From the NCBI GenBank assembly GCA_040776945.1, contig JAXGZN010000001.1:608001-672000 (forward strand): DNA of 64,000 bases, read 5' to 3'. The stretch's first letter is position 1; each line of letters begins with the position of its first letter. The stretch comes from Methanomassiliicoccaceae archaeon. GTDB lineage: Archaea > Thermoplasmatota > Thermoplasmata > Methanomassiliicoccales > Methanomassiliicoccaceae. Positions 39,599 to 49,911 of this stretch are shown here, in pieces. Position numbers and translations under genes: made by a program. A model generated the notes under the pieces. The model was not told the origin of the DNA. It saw only the letters and a list, made by a program, of their open reading frames with translations, and made no database searches.

Positions 39599-40945
39599 TT
39601 ACTCTGGTGGAGCGCGGATGAAGTCCTTGTCCATCAGCAGCTTGGTCTGGTCCCTAGCCCGCCTGATGGCGCTCTCGGCGCGCTGCCACAGCTCATCGCG
39701 GCTCAGGTTCACGCGGGCCACGCCGGTCTCGATGGCCTTCATTCCCACCGCCACGGCCTCGCGGGGGAATACCTCCCAGTCGTCCATGGTCGGTACGATG
39801 TACTCTTCGCTCAAGCCCTTGTCCTCGGCGGTCTTGGCGATCTCCAGAGCGGCGGCGATGCACATCTCGTCGGTGATCGTCCTGGCGCGAACGTCCAGCG
39901 CCCCGCGGAAGATGCCCGGGAAGCCCAGCGAGTTGTTGACCTGGTTGGGGAAGTCCGAGCGGCCGGTAGCGACGATGCGCGCGCCCGCCTCCTTGGCCTC
40001 CCAGGGCCAGATCTCCGGTATGGGGTTGGCGGTAGCGAAGACGATGGCATCCTTGGCCATGCCCTTGACCCAGTCCTTCTGGATTACGCCGGGGCCGGGG
40101 CGCGAAGCCGCGACCAGAATGTCCGCGCCGGCCATGGCCTCCTTGATCCCGCCGACCACGTTCCTGGCGTTGGAGTGGGTGCACATGAACCACTTCTCGG
40201 CGTGCGTTTTCTTGATGTCCTCGCGGCCCTTGTGCAAGGTGCCCTTGCTGTCGCACATGACGATGTTCTTGATGTCGAAGCCCGCGGCGACCATGACCCG
40301 GGCGATGGCAATGTTCGCAGCGCCAGCACCGACCATGGCGACCTTGGACTCGGATATCTTCTTGCCCACGACCTTGTGGGCGTTGATGGCGCCGGCAGTG
40401 ACTATGGTGGCGGTGCCCTGCTGGTCGTCGTGCCACACGGGGATGTCCATCTCCGCCCGCAGGCGGTCCAGGATCTCGAAGCACTTGGGGTTCTCGATAT
40501 CCTCGAGGTTGATGCCGCCGAAGGAGGGGGCGAGGTATTTCACCGTCTTGATGATCTCCTCGGTGTCCTTGGTGGCCAGGCAGATGGGCACCGCGTCCAC
40601 GCCGCCCAGGTACTTGAACAAGAGTGCCTTGCCTTCCATGACCGGCAAACCAGCCTCGGGACCGATGTCCCCGAGACCCAGGACCCTCGTGCCGTCGGAA
40701 ACGACCGCGACCATGTTGCCCTTGCTGGTGTGCTCATAGACCTTCTCGGGGTTCTTTTTGATGTCCTTGCATGGCTCCGCCACGCCGGGAGTGTACCAGA
40801 TGGCGAAGTCCTGGAAGTTCCTGACCGGGCACTTGGCGGTGATCTCGATCTTTCCCTCGTAGAAGGGGTGGTACTTCATGGCCAGCCTAGCCGGCTCATA
40901 CGCCTTCTTCAGCAGCTCTTCCTCGGTCTTCTTGTCCATCGTCAT
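39599..40945 (-). CDS. NAD(P)-dependent malic enzyme
   Basis: YTPGVAEPC, VLGLGDIGP, PVMEGKALLFK, INLEDI, HDDQQGTA, GAGAA, ATGRSDFPNQVNN. Confidence 0.95.
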   Translation of the reverse strand: MTMDKKTEEELLKKAYEPARLAMKYHPFYEGKIEITAKCPVRNFQDFAIWYTPGVAEPCKDIKKNPEKVYEHTSKGNMVAVVSDGTRVLGLGDIGPEAGLPVMEGKALLFKYLGGVDAVPICLATKDTEEIIKTVKYLAPSFGGINLEDIENPKCFEILDRLRAEMDIPVWHDDQQGTATIVTAGAINAHKVVGKKISESKVAMVGAGAANIAIARVMVAAGFDIKNIVMCDSKGTLHKGREDIKKTHAEKWFMCTHSNARNVVGGIKEAMAGADILVAASRPGPGVIQKDWVKGMAKDAIVFATANPIPEIWPWEAKEAGARIVATGRSDFPNQVNNSLGFPGIFRGALDVRARTITDEMCIAAALEIAKTAEDKGLSEEYIVPTMDDWEVFPREAVAVGMKAIETGVARVNLSRDELWQRAESAIRRARDQTKLLMDKDFIRAPPE

Positions 40946-41134
40946 AGTGATGTCGCTCCACCGGGCTTGATACTCGATAGCAGGGCCCGGCTGGGTCGAA
41001 ATCCCCGATTTTATTATTAAACTGTTCGGTCGGCCCGCCCACTATCTGACGCCTTCCCGTTCGTTAAGGGCGGCGTATTTACTATATTCGTACAATGAAA
41101 TCGAAACGCATGTCTTTTTTTGGATTCTTGGACG

Positions 41135-42280
41135 CTAAGTGTCAGCCTCGTCCATATCCACCAGCTGTGTCTGATACTCGAAGCGAACGTCCCCCAAGAT
41201 TGTTGATGCGGAACCGCTTCGGAAGTCGCTTGCCGGCATCCAGGCTCTCCTGGATGCTGCGTGCCTCCTGGAGGAGCCGTTCGGCCTTGCGGCGTCGCGA
41301 CGCAAGATGCTCTTCCTTGAGCTTCTCAGAGAAGAAGTAATAGTTCGCTCGCGATGGAAAGACGCGTTTCGAGGCGTAGACGCCATCTTCCTCGTTAACG
41401 AGCTCCCAGACGTTCGCGTTGAAGGTTTGGAACACGGCATCGTCCGAGGAGTTCAGCTTCTTCGACGTCAGATAGTCGTTCGAATCCAGGACGATGCTTT
41501 CCAAGTTCCTCTTGTCGTTCGCGCCCTTGTCGAAGACGATCAACGAACCATCTTTCAGCACGTTGCGCACTTGATCGTAAGTACGCCGGAAATGCTCCTG
41601 GTCGTTGATGTTGCCCGGCTCGACGGTCATTCCGATCGGCACGTTCACCGGCGGAGCGAGCTGCGCTACGCCGAGCGTCACCTGCTTCTTGTCCGGTCGG
41701 TGGTCGCGAGAGTAACCGAACTTCGCCAGCTCGTTCATGTCCCCGTAGTAAACGATGGAGGTCCAGTCCATCAGCACGTCCGTCGTCTCGCACCCAAGCA
41801 GCTTCAGGACGCGGTCCTGAAGCTCTCGAACGATGCTCTCGCGGTTGCGTCCTAACGTCTCGATCGCCCGGTACAGCGTCTTGACGTTGAAGTTCGGAAG
41901 CTCGTAGTACTCCCTAACTTCCGACCTATTCAACCATTGACCAGCCTGAAGAACGCTGAAGTTGTCCCCCAATTCGTAGGCGAGCAGACCGCGGACCAGA
42001 GGATCGAGCGGAATCCCCTTAGCCTTGTGCCGGCCGATGACGGCCGGCAGCTCGAGATCTTCGTACCAACCGTCGACCATCAGCGAGGTGCCGATGGAAA
42101 ACGATTTATTGTCGTTCGGCGTGATGACGGCTGTCCTCAGTCTGAGCTGTCTTTGCACACACTACAGGAGGGCTGAGGACACTTTTAACCTCTCACCATC
42201 CTCCGCTCGCGAGCGGAGGCCAGCGTGATCGTCCCGGTCAAAACGAGAAATATTTAATTCAGCCCATTGTCAAAGTCAGG
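41135..42280 (-). mobile_element. truncated IS1634-family element (transposase 41142..42158, frameshifted and 3'-deleted)
   Basis: MDWTSIVYYG, AKFGYSRDHRPDKKQV, PGNIND, VFDKGA; frameshift near 41195; one end CCTGACTTTGAC at 42280, partner end not found. Confidence 0.85.
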
Positions 42281-43392
42281 CTCGAGGTCCAAAGCCGACC
42301 GTCATCGCTCCGTTCGAGGAATACATACGCGCGCGATTGGCCGAGTGCGATCTCTCGGCCAGACGGATCATGGAAGAGATCGAGGCGAAGGGCTACCGCG
42401 GCGGTTATACCGCCGTAAAGGACCTCGTGCTGCCGATCAAGCGGGACCGCGCCGTTCGCGCCGAGATACGCTTCGAGACCAGGCCGGGAGAGCAGGCGCA
42501 GGTGGACTGGATCGATCTCGGAAAGCAGGGGATCGACCATGAAACGGTGCATCTGTACTGCTTCACCATGGTGCTCGGGTACTCGCGCTACGCCTACGCC
42601 GAGTTCACCGACAACGTGCGCACTGAAACCTTTGTGCAGTGCCACCTCAACGCCTTCCGGTACTTCGACGGCCTGCCGCGCACCGTGCTGTACGACAACA
42701 CCAAGAACGTGGTGCTGCTCCGCGCGCTCAAGAGCTCCGAGTCCACCTTCAATCCTCTCTACCAGGACTTCGCTCAACACCACGGCATAACGCCGCGGCT
42801 ATGCCGTCCCGGCATCGCCGGAGCGAGGACCAAAGGCAAGGTGGAGCGGTTCATCCAGTATCTGGAGCGGGACTTCTTCATCGGCCGGTCGTTCGATTCG
42901 CTCAACGACATCAACTGGCAGCTCATCGTTTGGCTGTCCAAGGCGAACTCGCGCGTGCACGGCACCACGAACGCGGTGCCGTGCGAACGGCTGAAGGAAG
43001 AGGGGCTGAGGCCGCTTGGCCTTGAGAGGCCGTACCTGGTCACCCTGGTCGAGTTCAGAAAGGTGACCAGAGATTGCTTCGTTTCCTATCGCGGCGCAAG
43101 ATACTCGGTGCCGTGGCGCTACGCCGGACGCGAATGCCAGCTGCATGTGCGCTTCGACAGGTTCGAGGTCCTGGTCGACGGCGAGGTCATCGCCAGGCAC
43201 GAGGTCGTGCCTGGACCTCGCACCATCAGGGTGAAGGAGCATTTCGCCGGGCTGCACAAGATCAAGCGGGACGAGAACCTGGAGCGCCACAGGAAGCGGA
43301 TGGGGGTGGTGTTCGATCCTCTTCTCGTTCCGCCGGAGGTCCAGGTGAGGGAGCCGTCTTATTATGAGAGGTTCGCAGGAGGCAATGAATGA
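42281..43392 (+). pseudogene. istA: IS21 transposase IstA, 5'-truncated by the IS1634
   Basis: GYRGGYTAV, RFETRPGEQAQVDW, LGYSR, LYDN, RTKGKVER, YSVPWRYAG; N-terminal HTH missing. Confidence 0.88.
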
Positions 43393-44172
43393 CGACGAAC
43401 GAGATCTACGAGAGAGTGCACGAGATCGAACTCGATGAAACTGAGCACCGCTGAATCGATACTCGATTCGGTCGAGAACGAGGCGAAGACGGACGCCTCG
43501 TTCCTGGAGATGCTGGACCATCTGCTCGCCGAGGAAGTGAGACATCGCCGGTCCTCGTCCATCGAGACGCGAACACGGTTAGCGAACTTTCCGTCCAGGA
43601 AGCACTTGGACGACTTCGATCTCGGGTTCCAGCCGAGCATCGACCGCCGGGTGTTCGACGACCTGCGCACGCTGCGGTTCCTCGCGAACGGGGAGAACGT
43701 GATGCTGCTCGGTCCGCCTGGTGTCGGGAAAACGCACATCGCCATCGGCCTCGGCATCGAGGCCATCCGCGCCGGGTACAGCGCCTACTACCTTAACTCG
43801 GCCAGCATGATCGCCAAGCTGCGCTCGGGAGCGCAGCGGGGCACGCTGGAGCGGGCGCTGAAGAACCTGTGCCGTCCGAAGCTGCTCATCGTGGACGAGA
43901 TCGGCTACCTGCCGATGGACCGCGAAGCGGCGAACTTGTTCTTCCAGCTGGTATCTCGACGATACGAGAAGGGCAGCACCATCTACACTTCGAACAAATC
44001 GTACGGGGAATGGGGCGAGGTCCTGGGCGACAACGTCATCGCCAGCGCGGTGCTGGATCGCATACTGCACCACAGCGTCACGCTGAACGTTCGCGGAGAT
44101 AGCTATCGGCTGCAGCATCGCCGGAAGGCCGGCTTGACGGTAACGCCTCAAGGGGCAGGAGTCTTTAAATAA
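43389..44172 (+). CDS. istB: IS21 helper ATPase IstB, apparent frameshift near the 5' end
   Basis: GPPGVGKTH, LLIVDEIGYLP, RYEKGS, LDRILHH; coupled ATG 43389 (MTTNEIYERVH) is out of frame with ORF 43435..44172. Confidence 0.88.
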
Positions 44173-44175
44173 GGA

Positions 44176-44225
44176 TGGTCAATATTCAAATGGCAGTTCT
44201 GGTTAATTTTCAAGCGGCATTGACA
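44176..44225. repeat. IS21 right end with tandem transposase-binding repeats
   Basis: tggtcaatattcaaatggca and tggttaattttcaagcggca, terminating in TGACA at 44225. Confidence 0.75.
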
Positions 44226-44260
44226 TTATCTTGCTGAAATACCTTCACATAGGAGAGAAT

Positions 44261-44776
44261 ATGCTATTAGAACTCGATCATGAGAGCACTCTGCATTGGT
44301 ACAAGAAGCCGTTCAAGGGTCACTTCGAGCTGAAAGAAGGGGCGCGCTCTCAGCGGGTCTTCGCATCGCTGGATATTTCCAGGATCAAGCTCAAGGGTGC
44401 CGGGACGGTCGACGGCAAGAGGGTGGAGCTCAGCTTCGTTGATGATGACCTCCACTACATCGTGCCGGTCAAGGTCGAGGGCCACGAGGGGGAGTGGGGC
44501 ACCTTCAGGAGCAGGAGCAGCCTCATGTTTGAGCCCGCCGTGCTCAAGGTCCACGATGGCCGGGAGTATCTTCTTAAGAAGATCGAATGGAATGAGTTCC
44601 GTCTCTATACTGGTGAGGGTCGAACGGTGATGACCATGTTCATGGACCGCGTCGATAGCCCCGTTACCAAGATGGACATGAGGTTCGAGAAGGTAAGGGC
44701 AGAGGAGAAGGACTACCTTTTGCTCGCTACCCTCGTGTTTTGGGAAGTGGTCTTCTTCAACCGCCAGTCGTCATAG
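44261..44776 (+). CDS. hypothetical beta-rich protein
   Basis: Open frame with coding-like codon use and GGAG upstream of ATG 44261; convergent with the Rhs gene. Confidence 0.7.
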   Translation: MLLELDHESTLHWYKKPFKGHFELKEGARSQRVFASLDISRIKLKGAGTVDGKRVELSFVDDDLHYIVPVKVEGHEGEWGTFRSRSSLMFEPAVLKVHDGREYLLKKIEWNEFRLYTGEGRTVMTMFMDRVDSPVTKMDMRFEKVRAEEKDYLLLATLVFWEVVFFNRQSS

Positions 44777-44790
44777 AAAAGGAGAGGGGG

Positions 44791-46878
44791 CTATGCCCCC
44801 CAATACATAGTCGCATGGTTTGCGTTTGTTCTTAGCCCCTTTAATTGAGGGGAATCGTATATTGTTGTGGCTGTTAGTTTTATTCCCGTTTTTATCATCG
44901 CGTTATATCCCCCCACTGTAGTTATTTGAGCCGATAATCCCAACGCTGTGCCGGCTACTTTTGCAGTCTTCCCTTCAAACATTCTTACACCGACATCATC
45001 TACCCACATTTTTGTTGTGGCCGTAGCAATCTTCTTTTCGGCTACATTTGCGAATCTATCAAACACTTTTGTTTTGGAAACAAATTTACTCATAGAAGAA
45101 CCGCCTATGTAGCCTGTGGCACCGCCTAATAGGGCACCAAATAGGCCTCCTTTTACAGTTTCTTCAACATTCCAATTACTGTTTAGGCCTGATTCAATTG
45201 TGCCCTGAACCCCTCCTGATATTGCTCCCACCTCCGCAGCACTCAAACCGATAGATACTGTACTTCCCATGCCAAAAGTTGCTCCAGCGACAGCCCCACT
45301 AATGGCACCGCCTGCAGCTCCTGCGATCATTGCATTAGTATTCCAATTACTCGATGCTCCCGCCAGCACTGCTCCTACCACTGCCCCAATGATGGCTCCA
45401 CCGGCGATTTGAGCTATGAAGTTCAAAATTTGGCCAGTAGGGTCAGTATGGATTAGTGGGCTGTTAACACAGTAAACAAACCTATTCAGTGTTTGAGGGT
45501 TCGAATTGTTACCTGTCAACGGGTCCAGAGCCGTGAACCGCCCAAGCTCCGGATCGTAGTACCTCGCCCCGAGGTACACGAGGCCGGTGCTGTCCCGGAC
45601 CTCGGAGGCGAAGGTCAGGCGGTCGAATCCTTCCGATCCTACGACTTCGCCGAACGGCTCGTAAGTTAGTGCGTAATAAGAGACGCTCGCCACATCGTGA
45701 ACGCCGTTCCTCAGCACGAACCTCGACGAGCCGAGAGCGTCCGCGAGGTAGGCGTAGCTGTCGTCACCTTCTAGCCGAAGCTCGAGGCGAGAGTTCACGT
45801 ACACGAACTTGGAGACGTTCCCGTCCGCGACCTCGTACGCCGGATCGTGACCTTGATATACGCTGGTGACGACGCCTTCGGAGTCGGAGACAATTGCGCG
45901 AGCGCTGTTAGCGTCGTAGGCGTACGATGCTAAGGCGGTAAGAGGAGACCATATTCCACTGTTGTTCGTCTGTTTCTCCACCGAGATCATCTGCCCGAAG
46001 GAGTTGTACTCGAAGTGGAAACGCCCGGCGGTGGAGTTCTTCCATATGACATTTCCGTCGTTGTCGTAAGCGTACGAGAACGTGCCGTCGGAGGTCAGCT
46101 TGTTGTAGCTCGAGTACGAGTACGAGCGATTGGTGCCGTCGTTCATCCACAGCCGGTTGCCCATCGAGTCGTAGCCGTAGCGAAGCGTGCCCCAGACGCC
46201 GGTCGCCTTGGTCAGGCGGCCGAGCATGTCGTACTCGTATTGCTCGGTTCCGGCCGAGCCGACGGCGTCGACGATCCTGACGACGTTGCCGACATCGTCG
46301 TACGAGTACCGCAGGTCCATGAAGGTCCCGTTTCCATCGTACGCGCTGATCCTAGTGATCCATCCTCTGAAGTTGTAATTATACGACATGGTGGAGTTGC
46401 CGTCGCACTCGCTCTTCGCAGCTACGGAATCATCCTTGTTGTATGTGAACGAAATAAGCTCGTCGTTACCGGATAGTACGCGATCCAGCCGTCCGTAGTC
46501 GTCGTATTGATAGGTGATGACGGACGAGTCGGGATAGGTCACTCCGGTCACGGCCCCGGTAGCGTCGAAGCTGTAGGAGAACGAGAACGCGGTGCCGTTG
46601 ATCGTCTCGGTCATCGCATCCACGAGGTTACGGTCGTTGTACGAGTACGAGAAGTTGCCGAGGCTGTTCCTGGCTTCGATCACGTTCCCGGCCGAGTCGT
46701 ACCTCGTGATGTACTTGTCATCAGTACCGACCACACGGATCAATCGGCCCGAGGTGTCGTATTCGGACGATTGCACGTCCCCTCCTCGGTCGGTCCAGGT
46801 GGTGATCCGTCCAGCATTATCATATGTCCACGATTTCCACCGAGCGGGAGATGATGTGCCACAAATATATCTGTTCAT
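44791..46878 (-). CDS. N-terminally truncated Rhs/YD-repeat protein with core and C-terminal tip
   Basis: Many YD repeats (YDNAGRI, YDSAGNV, YDDVGNV, YDMLGRL, YDSMGNR), core YLGARYYDPELGRF, DPTG, AT-rich tip. Confidence 0.92.
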   Translation of the reverse strand: MNRYICGTSSPARWKSWTYDNAGRITTWTDRGGDVQSSEYDTSGRLIRVVGTDDKYITRYDSAGNVIEARNSLGNFSYSYNDRNLVDAMTETINGTAFSFSYSFDATGAVTGVTYPDSSVITYQYDDYGRLDRVLSGNDELISFTYNKDDSVAAKSECDGNSTMSYNYNFRGWITRISAYDGNGTFMDLRYSYDDVGNVVRIVDAVGSAGTEQYEYDMLGRLTKATGVWGTLRYGYDSMGNRLWMNDGTNRSYSYSSYNKLTSDGTFSYAYDNDGNVIWKNSTAGRFHFEYNSFGQMISVEKQTNNSGIWSPLTALASYAYDANSARAIVSDSEGVVTSVYQGHDPAYEVADGNVSKFVYVNSRLELRLEGDDSYAYLADALGSSRFVLRNGVHDVASVSYYALTYEPFGEVVGSEGFDRLTFASEVRDSTGLVYLGARYYDPELGRFTALDPLTGNNSNPQTLNRFVYCVNSPLIHTDPTGQILNFIAQIAGGAIIGAVVGAVLAGASSNWNTNAMIAGAAGGAISGAVAGATFGMGSTVSIGLSAAEVGAISGGVQGTIESGLNSNWNVEETVKGGLFGALLGGATGYIGGSSMSKFVSKTKVFDRFANVAEKKIATATTKMWVDDVGVRMFEGKTAKVAGTALGLSAQITTVGGYNAMIKTGIKLTATTIYDSPQLKGLRTNANHATMYWGA

Positions 46879-47153
46879 TGATAGTTATATACATTCAGAA
46901 TCGTTCCGAGCGGGGCGATGGTCCTTTGGCGGTAGATAGCCCATCTTCGTTTACCAGGGAGCATTGTGAGGCATGTTCATTCTCAAATCACCTATCGGAC
47001 GAGCAACGAACATCATACTGCACGCGTGAAAGCGATGACATCGCGTGCTGAATTGATTGGACCGGGCTCGGCCGATCATGAGCATGGATCGATGTGCAAG
47101 CCATCTTCCTGCACAGGGTGATTAGATATACGCCCCGTCCCTTCCTTCGAAGC

Positions 47154-48770
47154 ATGACCAAGGTGCTCCGGGCGCTCATCATCGACGGCTACGTGGACGA
47201 GCCGGCGTGCCTGGGGGTGCCGCCGTACATCTCCCCGCAGGTCAGGGCGGCGGTGGGCGCGGCCCGCGTGGCCGGAGCTGAGGCCGAGTACCTGACCATC
47301 GATCAGGTACGCCGCGGTGCCGCGTTACCGCATGCCGCCGTTAGCTTGATCATGGCCGGTTCGGCGGTCCCGGGGAAGTACCTGAGGGCCATGCCCGCCT
47401 CGGGGAGAGAGGTAGCGAACTTGGCGGAGCGGTTGCCAGGGATAAGGGTGCTGGGCGGGCCAGCCGCTTTGGAAAAGAGCGAACTTGGGCGGTTCGAGCA
47501 CCTGGCTCTCAAGGACCCCGCCGCCGCGGTGCACGATCTCCTCACCTCGGGAAGCGCAGGCCAGCGTTGGAGGTCCATGGAGGAGTGGAACGCCTGGCTG
47601 CTGGCCGGGGCCGATACGGTGCTCCACCACCCCGATTTCCCGCAACCGCTGGTGGCCGAGGTAGAGACCTACCGCGGATGCGTCCGCTACGCTTCCGGCG
47701 GATGCTCCTTCTGCGTGGAGCCGATGAAGGGTGCGCCGTCCTTCCGGGACGAGGATGATATCATCGCCGAGTGCCGGAAGCTCCGCGAGCTGGGAGTGGC
47801 GAACTTCAGGTTAGGAGCGCAGACCTGCATCGTGTCGTACAAGGCCGACCTATCTTCCGGCGACCCGCCCCGGCCGAGACCGGAGGCGGTGGAGCGGCTG
47901 TTCGCCGGCATCGCGGCCCTTGGGCCAGAGGTCCTGCACGTGGACAACGCTAATCCCGCGGTCATCGCCTCCTATCCTGAGGAGTCGGAGAAGGTCCTTA
48001 GGGCTCTGGTCGAACATTGCACCAGCGGCAACGTGCTCGCCCTCGGCCTGGAGTGCGCCGACCCCGAGGTCCGGGAGGCGAACAACCTGAACGCCAGCGC
48101 GGAGCAGGCCATGGAAGCGATCAGGGCGATCAATCGCATCGGCTCGGAGACAGGCAAGAGCGGCCTTCCCAGGTTGCTTCCGGGCCTCAACCTCATCGTC
48201 GGCCTGGAGGGCGAGATCGGCGAGAGCCTGGAACTCGACAAGGCATTCTTGCGCGCCGTGCTGGACGAGGGCCTCATGCTCAGGAGGATCAGCGTCCGGC
48301 AGGTAATCCCGGTGCGCCGCGAGTTCCCGCCGACGGTCGGTCACAGGGAGTTCATCAAGTTCAAGGAGTTCGTGCGGGAGCACATAGACCGTCCGATGCT
48401 CGAGCGCACGGTCCCTCAAGGAACGGTCCTGTGTAAGGTGTTCACCGAGCTCCGCGACGGCAACACCACCTTCGGGCGGCAGATCGGCTCGTACCCGCTT
48501 CTCGTGGGCATTCCATACCCGGTCGATATCGGCAGGTTCGTCGACGTCAAGGTCGTTGGCTGGGGGTACCGCAGCGTCACCGCCATCGAGCATCCTCTGA
48601 GGATAAATTCCTGCCCGCTCAAGGCCCTGGAGGCGTTGCCGGGCGTCGGAAGGAAACGCGCCATCCGGTTGTTCAACAAGAGGCCGATGAAGAACATGGC
48701 CGACCTGACCAAGGCGCTGGACGATGCCCAGATAGCTAAGGATCTCGATGGCCTCGTCGCCTTTGACTGA
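47154..48770 (+). CDS. radical SAM protein with TRAM and HhH domains (COG1031-like)
   Basis: IIDGYVDEPACLGVPPYISP, ETYRGC.......CSFC, HVDNANP, GRQIGSYP, LPGVGRKRA. Confidence 0.88.
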   Translation: MTKVLRALIIDGYVDEPACLGVPPYISPQVRAAVGAARVAGAEAEYLTIDQVRRGAALPHAAVSLIMAGSAVPGKYLRAMPASGREVANLAERLPGIRVLGGPAALEKSELGRFEHLALKDPAAAVHDLLTSGSAGQRWRSMEEWNAWLLAGADTVLHHPDFPQPLVAEVETYRGCVRYASGGCSFCVEPMKGAPSFRDEDDIIAECRKLRELGVANFRLGAQTCIVSYKADLSSGDPPRPRPEAVERLFAGIAALGPEVLHVDNANPAVIASYPEESEKVLRALVEHCTSGNVLALGLECADPEVREANNLNASAEQAMEAIRAINRIGSETGKSGLPRLLPGLNLIVGLEGEIGESLELDKAFLRAVLDEGLMLRRISVRQVIPVRREFPPTVGHREFIKFKEFVREHIDRPMLERTVPQGTVLCKVFTELRDGNTTFGRQIGSYPLLVGIPYPVDIGRFVDVKVVGWGYRSVTAIEHPLRINSCPLKALEALPGVGRKRAIRLFNKRPMKNMADLTKALDDAQIAKDLDGLVAFD

Positions 48771-48816
48771 AGCGACGATTGGAACTTATTTATGCGCGGA
48801 TGGCCTGACTTCGGGC

Positions 48817-49911
48817 ATGGAGGGCCTTCACCTCGCCAAATACCCGTTCCTCAAGGACGCAGCAGAGCACGTGAAGGACCAGGGCGTCACGTTAGACGAT
48901 CTATTGGAGCACCAGGCGTTCCGCCAGGCCCGGGCGCGGGGCAAGGCCAGGGTCATCGACGCGCTCGAGGACGGCATCGTCCGCCTCCGCCCCATGGGGA
49001 CGGCCGAAGAGCAGCTGGAGGAGATCCTCTCCTACCCCATGGCCAGGATGTTCGTCTCCAGCGTCGGTGATAAGTTCCTCACCAGGCGCTACGCGCTCGC
49101 TGAGGGGGTGGCGATGTGCGAGCGTCTGGAGAGGGAGAGGAGCGACATCGTCGAAGAGGTCGCCTACCAGCTCGGTGTTCCCGTGACCACGGACGTCGAT
49201 GAGAGCGACGAGCTCACGGTGCGCATGCACTTCTCCGATTATCTGAGGTTCACGTCGCGCATGCGCAGCAAGGAATGGAAGCTGGTGAACACCGAGGTCA
49301 AGGACGGGCACGTGACCCTGAACCAGGTCAAGTTCGCCCGGGTCATGCAGCAGGCGCTCCAAGATAGGATAGAAGCGGAGCTGCCCCTGCCGGTCACCGA
49401 CAGCATCGTTCGCGCGCTGGGCGACGACCTTCGAGAGCTGAAGGACCGTACCGCGATCAAGCGTGACCAGTTCAAGGCCGAGGACTTCGGCAAGGTCAGC
49501 GTGGAGAACTTCCCGCCGTGCATGAAGCACCTCATCGGCATGGCCCAGGCGGGGGAGAACATACCGCACTCCGGGCGGTTCGCGCTGACCGCGTTCCTGC
49601 ATCATGTAGGCCTATCTTCCGACGAGATCCTGGCGCTGTACGCGACCTCGCCGGACTTCGATCAGTCGAAGACCAAGTACCAGGTGGACCACATTACTGG
49701 AGAAACGTCGGGCACCGAGTACACCCCGCCGGAGTGCTCGACGATGAAGAGCTACGGCATCTGCTACGAGCCGGACTCTTTGTGCAACCATCCCAAGGAG
49801 TACGTCAAGCACCCGCTGTCGTACTACCGCATCAAGAACCTCCCGCCCCGGAAGGCCGGTCCTAGTCCTTCACCTTCTTCCATATCTCCATCGCCCGCTG
49901 GACCGCAGTGA
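48817..49911 (+). CDS. priL: DNA primase large subunit
   Basis: AKYPFL, RYALAE, WKLVN, FPPCM, HSGRF, PDFD..KT.YQVDHI, YTPPEC..MKSYGIC. Confidence 0.94.
   Translation: MEGLHLAKYPFLKDAAEHVKDQGVTLDDLLEHQAFRQARARGKARVIDALEDGIVRLRPMGTAEEQLEEILSYPMARMFVSSVGDKFLTRRYALAEGVAMCERLERERSDIVEEVAYQLGVPVTTDVDESDELTVRMHFSDYLRFTSRMRSKEWKLVNTEVKDGHVTLNQVKFARVMQQALQDRIEAELPLPVTDSIVRALGDDLRELKDRTAIKRDQFKAEDFGKVSVENFPPCMKHLIGMAQAGENIPHSGRFALTAFLHHVGLSSDEILALYATSPDFDQSKTKYQVDHITGETSGTEYTPPECSTMKSYGICYEPDSLCNHPKEYVKHPLSYYRIKNLPPRKAGPSPSPSSISPSPAGPQ

Larger units (their letters stand above)
41090..47050. mobile_element. accessory island 2 (nested IS1634/IS21, truncated Rhs gene)
   Basis: Cluster of IS and Rhs sequence between housekeeping genes; limits approximate. 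Confidence 0.7.
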
